A DNA stretch of 19,129 bases from Candidatus Methylomirabilota bacterium (lineage in GTDB: Bacteria > Methylomirabilota > Methylomirabilia > Rokubacteriales > CSP1-6), in contig JBKPAK010000249.1 of assembly GCA_046726415.1 (NCBI GenBank), forward strand, positions 1-19,129. The letters are read 5' to 3'. The notes under the pieces are model-generated. The model worked only from the letters and a program-made list of their open reading frames with translations, was not told where the DNA came from and did no database searches. A program made the position numbers and the translations under genes. Below, one piece after another: positions 7,297 to 14,497 of the stretch (position 1 is its first letter; every line of letters begins with the position of its first letter).

Positions 7297-9164
7297 GATC
7301 CAGCCGAACCGCGGACGCATTCATCAAATCCCTGGATGATGTCGCCACCCGGTTGCGCATCGAGTCGATCCGAGCCACGACAGCGGCCGGCAGCGGCCAT
7401 CCGTCCAGCTCGGCATCGGCGGCAGACCTGGTGGCCGCCACCTTCTACGAGATGTGCTTCGATCCCGCCAAGCCTCGCGCGATCACCAGCGATCGATTTG
7501 TCCTCAGTAAGGGTCACGCGGCACCTGTGCTGTACGCGGCCTGGGCCGAGATCGGAGCCCTCAAGCGCGAGCAACTCACGACCCTGCGCAAGCTCGACAG
7601 CGATCTCGAGGGGCATCCCACGCCGCGCCTGCCGTTCGTCGACGTGGCGACCGGTTCACTCGGACAGGGCCTAGGGGTGGGCGTCGGACTGGCGTTGGGC
7701 GCTCGCCTGGCCGGCAGCCCCGCGCGGGCCTTCGTGCTGCTGGGCGACGGCGAGACCGCCGAGGGCTCGGTGTGGGAAGCCGCCCAGATGGCGGCTCACG
7801 AGCGACTCGACAACCTCGTAGCGATCGTCGATGTCAACGGGCTCGGCCAATCCGGATCCACCATGCTCGACCACGACGTGAGTGCGTACCAGCGGCGGTG
7901 GGCCGCGTTCGGATGGCGGGCGGAAGTCGTGGATGGCCACGCCATGCGGGACATCGTGCGCGCGCTGCGCCGCACGCGTGCTCGGCGGGGCGCGCCGGTC
8001 GCGCTGGTGGCCCGGACGGTGAAGGGCAAAGGCATCGAGGAGATCGAAGGGCGCGAGGGTTGGCACGGCAGACCCCTTCCCGCGGATATGGCCGAGCGCG
8101 CCATTGCGGCACTCGAGAAGAAGCTCCATCACCTGCCGCCCCCGCCGATCCGCTTGCCGCAGCCCTCGGCGGCGCCGACTCCGCCCCCGCCGACCGGTAC
8201 GGCGCCGACCGGTACGGCGCCGGGCACGTCGAGCGGCGACGTCGCGACTCGCGAAGCCTATGGCACCGCGCTGGCTCAGTTGGGCGCGCGCGACGCGCGG
8301 GTGGTCGCCCTCGACGGCGACGTGAAGAACTCGACGTACGCCGAGCGCTTTCGCGACGCCCACCCCGACCGGTATGTCGAAGGCTACATCGCCGAGCAGA
8401 ACATGGTGAGCGTGGCGGCCGGCCTCGCGGCGCAGGGGCGGATCCCGTTCGTGTCGTCTTTTGCGTGCTTTTTGACGCGCGCGGCCGATCAGATCAGGAT
8501 GGTGGGAATCTCGGGCGGCAACGTCAAGTTCTGCGGCTCTCACGCCGGTGTCAGCATCGGCGAAGACGGACCTTCGCAGATGGGGCTCGAGGACCTGGCC
8601 CTCTTCCGGGCGGTCCCCGGCGCTCTCGTGCTCTACCCGGCCGACGGGGTGGCGACCGATGCCTGCGTTCGGCTGGCGGCCCACCATCACGGCGTCGCCT
8701 ACATCCGGACCACTCGCATGAAGACCCCGAGTATCTACGGACCGGAGGAGGCATTCGATCCTGGTGGCCTCAAGGTGCTGCGGAGCCGTGACGGCGATCG
8801 GCTGACCGTGGTGGCGGCCGGCATCACCCTGCACGAGGCGCTGGCGGCCCACGACGAGCTGGCTCGCGGCGGCGTCTCCGTGCGCGTGATCGATCTCTAC
8901 GGAGTGAAGCCCGTCGATGCGGACGGCTTGGTGGCCGCGGCGCGGGCCACCGGTAACACGCTCCTCACCGTGGAAGATCACTATGCGGAGGGAGGCCTCG
9001 GCGACGCGGTCCTCGGAGCCGTGGCCACCAGCGGCATCGCCACTCACCGCCTGGCAGTGAGCGAAGTGCCGCGCAGCGGAGCCCCCCGTGAATTGCTCGA
9101 GCGCTATGGCATCGGGCGGAGGGCCATCGCCGCGGTCGTGCGCAAGATCCTCGGCCACGACTGA
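7293..9164 (+). CDS. tkt: Transketolase, single-chain, human-TKT-like subtype
   Basis: GSGHP, DRFVLSKGHAAP, LEGHP, TGSLGQG, TPP motif GDGETAEGSVWEA..N, IAEQNMV, GEDGPSQM, VEDHY. Start may be 7275 or 7293. Confidence 0.93.
   Translation: MRSSRTADAFIKSLDDVATRLRIESIRATTAAGSGHPSSSASAADLVAATFYEMCFDPAKPRAITSDRFVLSKGHAAPVLYAAWAEIGALKREQLTTLRKLDSDLEGHPTPRLPFVDVATGSLGQGLGVGVGLALGARLAGSPARAFVLLGDGETAEGSVWEAAQMAAHERLDNLVAIVDVNGLGQSGSTMLDHDVSAYQRRWAAFGWRAEVVDGHAMRDIVRALRRTRARRGAPVALVARTVKGKGIEEIEGREGWHGRPLPADMAERAIAALEKKLHHLPPPPIRLPQPSAAPTPPPPTGTAPTGTAPGTSSGDVATREAYGTALAQLGARDARVVALDGDVKNSTYAERFRDAHPDRYVEGYIAEQNMVSVAAGLAAQGRIPFVSSFACFLTRAADQIRMVGISGGNVKFCGSHAGVSIGEDGPSQMGLEDLALFRAVPGALVLYPADGVATDACVRLAAHHHGVAYIRTTRMKTPSIYGPEEAFDPGGLKVLRSRDGDRLTVVAAGITLHEALAAHDELARGGVSVRVIDLYGVKPVDADGLVAAARATGNTLLTVEDHYAEGGLGDAVLGAVATSGIATHRLAVSEVPRSGAPRELLERYGIGRRAIAAVVRKILGHD
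8189..8222 (+). repeat. 15-bp tandem duplication in the tkt interdomain linker (PTGTA x2)
   Basis: GCCGACCGGTACGGC twice (8189-8203, 8204-8218) plus GCCG, in frame. Confidence 0.85.
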
Positions 9165-9274
9165 GCGAACACTCAATCACGTCTTGGGGCATCGAGCCAG
9201 TGGAGCTCAGCGCGTCTCGCTGGCATGCTGCACGCAACTGGCCTCAACGAGTTCGGCGGATGGTTCTCCTCTCC

Positions 9275-9296
9275 CCCCTATCCCCGAAGGTAGGGG
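9275..9296. terminator. Hairpin between convergent tkt and receiver genes, possible terminator
   Basis: CCCCTATC-cccgaa-GGTAGGGG, 8-bp stem with one G-U pair. No U-tract. Confidence 0.25.
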
Positions 9297-9324
9297 CTCC
9301 CTGGGCGGGCCACTCGCCGGGCTC

Positions 9325-9753
9325 TCACCGCTGGGCGCGACCGCTGAGGAGCGCGCGGAGCACCTCGGGGTCGACCGGCTTGAGGAGGTGGGCATCGAAT
9401 CCGGCCTCGCCCGCCCGCTCCTGATCCTCGAGGCGGCCGTAGCCGGTGACGGCCACGAGGAAGACCGGCCTCGAGCCTGGCAGGGCGCGAATCCTGCGGG
9501 CCAACTCGTAGCCATCGAGTCCGGGGAGTCCCACGTCGATGAGCGCCACGTCAGGTCTGGCGTCGACGCATCGCGCGAGCCCGGTCTCCCCGTCGCTGGC
9601 TTCGGCGGCTTCGTGACCCCAGAGCCGGAGAAGGGCCATCAGCATTTCCCGGCTATCGTCGCTGTCTTCCACCACCAACACCCGGAGCGGCAGCCTCGGC
9701 GGGGCGGACGCCAAGGGCGTGGCCAGGAGGATACCCGCGTCAGCGAATAGCAC
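9325..9753 (-). CDS. Stand-alone response regulator receiver protein
   Basis: RVLVVEDSDD, PDVALIDVGLPGLDGYE (phospho-Asp), VTGYG, HLLKP. SD GAGGAG upstream of the GTG. Confidence 0.88.
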   Translation of the reverse strand: MLFADAGILLATPLASAPPRLPLRVLVVEDSDDSREMLMALLRLWGHEAAEASDGETGLARCVDARPDVALIDVGLPGLDGYELARRIRALPGSRPVFLVAVTGYGRLEDQERAGEAGFDAHLLKPVDPEVLRALLSGRAQR

Positions 9754-9811
9754 CTATTATTCTCCTCTGTGTTCGTGTTCCCAAGGGGGGCAGGCCGGCC
9801 CACCAGGGCCC

Positions 9812-9997
9812 TTACAGGTATTGCCCCATGATGGCGGCGCCCTCGGCCGCGCGGGGCTCGCCCCTCTGCCCCGTGGCCAGGGGCTGGATGTGGTGGGCCG
9901 GCGCCTCGGGGTCCGACGCGGACCTGAACCTTTCGGTATTAGCGCTCGGTATGCTCGCCGCCAGCTCGGTATTCGCGCTCGGTACGCTCACCGCCAT
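9812..9997 (-). CDS. Small hypothetical protein (61 aa) with a duplicated 11-aa N-terminal unit
   Basis: SD AAGGAG about 7 nt before the ATG, with a sigma54 match immediately upstream. Confidence 0.5.
   Translation of the reverse strand: MAVSVPSANTELAASIPSANTERFRSASDPEAPAHHIQPLATGQRGEPRAAEGAAIMGQYL
9933..9996. repeat. Imperfect 33-bp-period direct repeat (2 copies)
   Basis: TCGGTATTAGCGCTCGGTATGCTCGCCGCCA (9933-9963) vs TCGGTATTCGCGCTCGGTACGCTCACCGCCA (9966-9996), 3 mismatches in 31 nt. Confidence 0.8.
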
Positions 9998-10033
9998 CGC
10001 TCGACTCCTTCCGTTCGCCTACCGCCATGTGAG

Positions 10034-10049
10034 TGCATGGGAAGTGCCA
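10034..10049 (-). promoter_or_regulatory. Putative sigma54 promoter for the 61-aa ORF and receiver gene
   Basis: Minus strand TGGCACTTCCCATGCA (GG-N10-GC). Confidence 0.6.
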
Positions 10050-10117
10050 TAGCGCGCTCCCTGGCATGGTCGGTGAAGCTGGCGGGAAGTCATGCGCGAA
10101 TGGTCAGAGGGCGTGGC

Positions 10118-10133
10118 TGGCGCATCGGTTGCA
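10118..10133 (+). promoter_or_regulatory. Putative sigma54 promoter with no obvious sense gene downstream
   Basis: TGGCGCATCGGTTGCA (GG-N10-GC with TTGCA). Confidence 0.45.
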
Positions 10134-10200
10134 CCGGGACACGAGGACGCGGTACCGTGACTTGACGCGATCCTCGCGAAGACGGGCCGTCTCCGACCGC

Positions 10201-11541
10201 CTACGGGAGTCGGAGGGGATACGTCACTTGCAGGCCAACGGTGACGCGATTCTGGTCGACGTCGTTGGTGATCTGGGTTCCCGAGCTGCGCTGGAAGAAG
10301 AAGTTGTAGGCGGCCACGGCGGTCAGCCAGTCGGCGATCCGGTAGGTGGCGGTCAAGCCGATGTTGAAGGCGTTCGTGTCGATGCGCGTGTTTTCGTTGG
10401 CCGTCACGTAGGCGCCGGTGAGGCCCACGGCGAAGTTGCGGGTCAGACCCGAGACCTCCACACCGGCCCCCACGGCGTTCGTCTCCGCCGTACCCGGCAA
10501 TCCGCCGATCACCGCGTTGCGGCGGTCGAAGCTCAGCCACATCGCTCCCCACCGAAAGATCTGAGTCGCGAGGGCGCTGGCCGCCAGGCTGAAGCCGACG
10601 TTGCCCTCGGTGGCGTACTGCGGACCGAGCCGCAGCGATGCGTGGAGTGACTCGGTGATTTGATAGCGCGCGCCGACGAGGCCGGCGAACGTCGCGGTGC
10701 TTTCCCCCACCACATCGGAGTAGGCGAACTCGAAGTCCGCCAGTCCGGTCAGGCGAGGCAAGAGTCGGCGCTCCAGCGAAGCCCGGAAGCCGTAGAGGTC
10801 AAAATCGTTGAGTGGCTCGCCTTCCGGCGGCGCCTCGATGAGGCGCGTGCGCTGCCACGACCCGGCGACCAGCAGGCGGGTGATTGGGTCGATGTCCCAT
10901 TCGAGGCCCGGGGCCACCAGGTTCGTCCAGCTGTCGACGCGTCCCGTCGAGATGCTGGGGAGCGCCGTGGCGCTCGTATTGTTGTCGCGGGAGTAGCGTT
11001 CCGAGAGGCGCACGCGGAGCCGGGGATCGATCCGGTAGAGGCCGTCCAGGGTAGCAACCTGACGGGCCAGCGCGTCGTTCAGCTCCGTCTGGTCGGCGTA
11101 GATCTCGGACGTGAACGCGTAGCCCAGGACGAGGTTGTACCGCGGATCGCGGATTCCGAAGATCACTCCCGGCGAGAAGCGGGTGATGAAGTCGGACCGC
11201 TTGAGGTTGTTGTCGGAGAAAACGTTGTCGTTGTACTCCTCGTCGACCAGGAAAGTCGGGATGAGCACGTAGCGCCCGGCCTGCAGCTCGCTCACTAGAC
11301 GATCGGGCTGGACGCCTCGGATGGGCGGGCTGGGAGGTGCCGGGATCGGCATCGGATACGGCCCGGGAGTGGGCAGGGTCGGCGGCAGGACCGGGGCCTC
11401 GCGCTCTGGCCCGAGTGGCGGTAGCCCGGGCGGCGTCTGCTGCAAGGTCATCTGCCCGGCAGCATCCGTGGCGAGCCAGGCCAGCCACACTAAGGCTAGC
11501 AGGGATGGCCGCCAGGCTCGCGGTCTCACGCGCCATCTCAT
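10201..11541 (-). CDS. Outer-membrane beta-barrel protein, polysaccharide-export associated (BBP2/EpsX-like)
   Basis: Signal peptide, Pro-rich linker, then EEYNDNVF..SDFITRFSPG (typical start of this barrel family), amphipathic beta strands, and C-terminal NRVTVGLQVTYP. Confidence 0.78.
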   Translation of the reverse strand: MRWRVRPRAWRPSLLALVWLAWLATDAAGQMTLQQTPPGLPPLGPEREAPVLPPTLPTPGPYPMPIPAPPSPPIRGVQPDRLVSELQAGRYVLIPTFLVDEEYNDNVFSDNNLKRSDFITRFSPGVIFGIRDPRYNLVLGYAFTSEIYADQTELNDALARQVATLDGLYRIDPRLRVRLSERYSRDNNTSATALPSISTGRVDSWTNLVAPGLEWDIDPITRLLVAGSWQRTRLIEAPPEGEPLNDFDLYGFRASLERRLLPRLTGLADFEFAYSDVVGESTATFAGLVGARYQITESLHASLRLGPQYATEGNVGFSLAASALATQIFRWGAMWLSFDRRNAVIGGLPGTAETNAVGAGVEVSGLTRNFAVGLTGAYVTANENTRIDTNAFNIGLTATYRIADWLTAVAAYNFFFQRSSGTQITNDVDQNRVTVGLQVTYPLRLP

Positions 11542-11712
11542 ACCACACGGTCGCCGAGCGCGTCACCTTCAATCGGCGTCTGGTCACGGCGATGGTCGTC
11601 GAACCTGCGCGGCCCAAGTCGCCCGCAAACGGTGGCAGAAGCTACAGTTCGGCGACGTTGCCCGGCGAAATGCAGTCCGACGGCACTGCTCCTCGGAACT
11701 CTTCGCACTCGC

Positions 11713-11728
11713 TGGCACAGCGCTTGAA
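11713..11728 (+). promoter_or_regulatory. Putative sigma54 promoter of rsbRST (variant -12)
   Basis: TGGCACAGCGCTTGAA: consensus -24, N10 spacing, -12 TTGA. Followed by an AT-rich stretch. Confidence 0.5.
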
Positions 11729-11849
11729 ATGTTAAAGCCTTGGCACATTCTAAATACAGGGAGGCGGATCGACTGGATGACGACGCAGCGGGCCACCCGT
11801 CGGGTGGAGCCTCCGGTCGCCGTTGGGACCGGACAAGACGGAGGAGGTT

Positions 11850-12728
11850 GTGAGTAACGGTCGATCCCGCGTGGCCACTCCCGAGTCCTCCGCTGACGCA
11901 GCCCGGGAGCTCGCGGAACTGGCCGCTGACCTCCGTCGCCAACGGGCCCCCGTCCTGGACGAATGGGTCCGGCGCATCATCGAGGCCCACTTCCTCACGA
12001 CCGTGAGCCGCGACCAGCTCGGTCCGGCCGTGTCGCCACTCTACGACGGCTACATCGAAGCCCTGGAAACCGGGACGACGGAGCCGCTCGAGGCGAGCGC
12101 GCGGAGCCTACTCCAGCGCGGGCGACTGCGTTCGGAAACCCATGAAGTCGTCGGCCTCATTCTCCTGCTCCGCGACGTGCTCGCACAGAGCCTGCGAGAG
12201 AGCTCGGCCGCGCCCAGTCGCGGGGCCGACATCCTAGAGCGGGCGGCCTCCCGGCTGGCCGTTGCTGTGGCCGTCGGCCTCGTCGAGGAGCGAGAGCGGG
12301 CCATTCGCGACGAGCAAGAGGCGATCCGGGAGCTCTCGACCCCCCTGCTCCAGATTCGCGATCGCCTTTTCATCCTGCCGATGATCGGAGTGATCGATCA
12401 GCGGCGGGCCCGGCAGCTCACCGAGCAAGTCTTGCGCGGTGTCCGGTCGAGTCGAGCAAAAGTGGTCCTGATCGACATGACCGGGGTTCCCACCCTGGAT
12501 GCCAGTGCGGCAACCCATCTCGTTCAGACGGTGGACGCGGCCCGCCTGCTCGGCACGATCGTCATCATGAGCGGGATCTCGGCCGAGTTGGCCCACATGC
12601 TCGTGAGCCTTGGCGTGGATCTTGGACGCGTCCTGACCGTCGGCGATCTCCAGGCCGGCCTCGAGGAGGCTGAGAAATTGCTCGGCTACCGACTCATCAC
12701 TCGGAGGGCGGCGGCGCGGCCCGGCTGA
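11850..12728 (+). CDS. rsbR: RsbR-like stressosome protein (helical N-terminal sensor + STAS, 292 aa)
   Basis: IRELSTP..LPMIGVID..RA..VVLIDMTGVP..LLG..SGIS STAS signature. GGAGGAGG SD before GTG 11850. Confidence 0.88.
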   Translation: MSNGRSRVATPESSADAARELAELAADLRRQRAPVLDEWVRRIIEAHFLTTVSRDQLGPAVSPLYDGYIEALETGTTEPLEASARSLLQRGRLRSETHEVVGLILLLRDVLAQSLRESSAAPSRGADILERAASRLAVAVAVGLVEERERAIRDEQEAIRELSTPLLQIRDRLFILPMIGVIDQRRARQLTEQVLRGVRSSRAKVVLIDMTGVPTLDASAATHLVQTVDAARLLGTIVIMSGISAELAHMLVSLGVDLGRVLTVGDLQAGLEEAEKLLGYRLITRRAAARPG

Positions 12729-12747
12729 CGCTGGCGGCGCCGCGACC

Positions 12748-13113
12748 ATGCCCGTCCCCATCCTCAAGCAGGGGCCGTATCTGATCGCCTCGATCCAGTC
12801 TGCACTGACCGACCTGGACCTGTTGCAGCTTCGCGACGCCCTGGTGGAGCAGGTCGGTCGCTATCGCTCGCGCGGCGTGCTCATGGACGTGACGGCGCTG
12901 GATGTCATGGACTCCTTCGCCAGCCGCACGGTGCGCGAAATCGCCCAGATGGTCAAGCTCCGAGGGGTGGACACCGTGATCGTGGGCATCGATCCGGACG
13001 TAGCGCTGGCCATGGTCCGCCTCGGACTCGATCTCGAAGGCGTCACCACGACGCTGGATCTGGAGGAAGGTCTGGCGTTTCTCGATGCCCGAACGAAAGA
13101 GGTCAGCCAATGA
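12748..13113 (+). CDS. rsbS: RsbS STAS antagonist
   Basis: MPVPILK, LIASIQ, DVMDSF (conserved phospho-Ser), VGIDPDVA, LDLEEGL. Confidence 0.92.
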   Translation: MPVPILKQGPYLIASIQSALTDLDLLQLRDALVEQVGRYRSRGVLMDVTALDVMDSFASRTVREIAQMVKLRGVDTVIVGIDPDVALAMVRLGLDLEGVTTTLDLEEGLAFLDARTKEVSQ

Positions 13114-13553
13114 GCGCGCAGCCTGTTCTCAAACCACCCACCGTCCCTCCTGCGGTCGAGGAGACGTGTGTTCCGATCGACGCGGATATCCACATTGCCG
13201 CCGCCCGTCAGAAGGGTCGCCTCCTCGCCACCCAGCTTGGCTTCTCGTCGGGGGAGGCCACCTTCATCGCCACCGCCATTTCGGAGCTGGCCCGCAACAT
13301 TCTGATCTATGCGACCCGGGGTGAGATCCGCCTCACGCCCGTCCAGCACGACGCCCGGCGGGGGATCATCGTCACCGCCCGCGACGAGGGTCATGGCATC
13401 GAAGACATCGGCCGGGCCATGGAGGATGGCTACTCGACCTCGGGTCGCCTCGGCGTGGGATTGCCCGGCGTGAAGCGGCTCATGGACGAGTTCGACATCG
13501 TCTCCGAGGTCGGCCGCGGCACCACGGTCATTGTCACGAAGTGGAGACGCTGA
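13110..13553 (+). CDS. rsbT: RsbT Ser/Thr switch kinase (GHKL)
   Basis: ATAISELARNI, DEGHGI, DGYSTSGRLGVGLPG, RLMDEF, GRGTTV. ATGA overlap with rsbS. Confidence 0.93.
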   Translation: MSAQPVLKPPTVPPAVEETCVPIDADIHIAAARQKGRLLATQLGFSSGEATFIATAISELARNILIYATRGEIRLTPVQHDARRGIIVTARDEGHGIEDIGRAMEDGYSTSGRLGVGLPGVKRLMDEFDIVSEVGRGTTVIVTKWRR

Positions 13554-13630
13554 TCGTTCATGGATGTCACGAAGTGGAGACGCTGATCGTTCATGGATGT
13601 CACGAAGTGGAGACGCTGATCGTTCATCGA
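13532..13630. repeat. 3 x 33-bp tandem repeat spanning the rsbT stop codon
   Basis: TGTCACGAAGTGGAGACGCTGATCGTTCATGGA at 13532, 13565 and 13598 (third copy has one mismatch). No spacers. Confidence 0.95.
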
Positions 13631-13742
13631 TGACCGCCGGCGCGCCGCTCGGCGCTCGTTTCGTGTGTCCCACGTCTCGTGTGACTACGTCGGCCACCCT
13701 GCTGCCATCCCATCTGACTGCATCGGGCGACGGCAAGCTCGT

Positions 13743-13758
13743 TGGCGTAGTGCTTGCT
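13743..13758 (+). promoter_or_regulatory. Putative sigma54 promoter of the polysaccharide operon
   Basis: TGGCGTAGTGCTTGCT: GG(13744-13745)-N10-GC(13756-13757). Confidence 0.6.
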
Positions 13759-13820
13759 ACACGAGCGGCAGGGAATTCGCGGCGGTGCGCAGCAGTCGGC
13801 GCGCCGCGTCGAACATGAGG

Positions 13821-13891
13821 CACGCGAATTCCACCGAAGGACCGCGTGAGGGTCTGGCCAAAGGGAGACGCCGGACCCAAAGGGGCGAAGC
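13821..13891 (+). promoter_or_regulatory. Structured leader: tandem hairpins plus ops-like motif (JUMPstart-like)
   Basis: CACGCG..CGCGTG stem, then GGGTCTGGC-11 nt-GCCGGACCC 9-bp stem, then AAAGGGGCGAAGC, directly before a NusG paralog. Confidence 0.45.
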
Positions 13892-13892
13892 T

Positions 13893-14465
13893 TTGTTGAC
13901 GACGGAGAGCATCGATCCGCACACTTCGGGGCCGCGTGCGGACGCAGACCACCGGGACCGACCGGCGGCCTGTTGGCACGCCCTCTGGACGCGCAGTCAC
14001 TGCGAGCAACTCGTTCGCGGCCAGCTGGTGGCTCGGGGGTTCGAGGCATTTCTTCCCGAGATCAACGTCTGGTCGACGCGAGCTGGCACGCGTCGTCGAA
14101 TCCGCGCTCCGATGTTTCCGGGCTATCTTTTCCTGCGCCACGCCGTGGACAAGCAGAGCTATATCGACGTGATCAAGACGCGGGGCCTCGTTCGCATCTT
14201 GGGGGAGCAATGGAATCGCCTCGACGTCCTGCCCGATCGAGACGTGGAGGCGATTCGGCGGCTCCTGGCCGCGGAGGTGCCCATCCTGCCTCATGCTTTT
14301 CTGCGCGAAGGGCAGCGCGTCCGCGTCATCCGCGGGCCCCTGACCGACGTGGAAGGCGTTCTGGTGCACAGCAAGCCCGACAAGGGGCTCCTCGTTCTGT
14401 CCGTGAATTTGCTCAAGCGGAGTGTGGCCGTCGAGGTGGATTGCACGCTGGTGATGGCCGCGTAG
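13893..14465 (+). CDS. NusG-paralog antitermination factor (UpxY/RfaH/LoaP-like, ~190 aa)
   Basis: NGN domain WHALWTRSHCE..FLP..PMFPGYLF and KOW domain GQRVRVIRGPLTDVEG. Start inferred at TTG 13893 after AGGGG; ATG 13815 is an alternative. Confidence 0.88.
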   Translation: MLTTESIDPHTSGPRADADHRDRPAACWHALWTRSHCEQLVRGQLVARGFEAFLPEINVWSTRAGTRRRIRAPMFPGYLFLRHAVDKQSYIDVIKTRGLVRILGEQWNRLDVLPDRDVEAIRRLLAAEVPILPHAFLREGQRVRVIRGPLTDVEGVLVHSKPDKGLLVLSVNLLKRSVAVEVDCTLVMAA

Positions 14466-14497
14466 GCGCCGCCATCCGTCACGCGCAGGAGGAAGGC

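Noticed and set aside
9221-9236. Sigma54-like TGGCATGCTGCACGCA
   Set aside because: Correct spacing but poor -12 context and no credible downstream gene.
9828-10052. Plus-strand 74-aa ORF with a hydrophobic stretch
   Set aside because: No SD or promoter, whereas the opposite-strand ORF has both. Not fully excluded.
13532-13630. CRISPR array
   Set aside because: Units are directly abutting with no spacers, include the rsbT coding end, and no cas genes are present.
13850-13891. c-di-GMP riboswitch
   Set aside because: Lacks the GNRA tetraloop/receptor two-stem layout and conserved junction nucleotides.
13665-13892. Long N-terminal extension of the NusG paralog
   Set aside because: Spans the predicted promoter and structured leader; the NGN domain starts near 13970.
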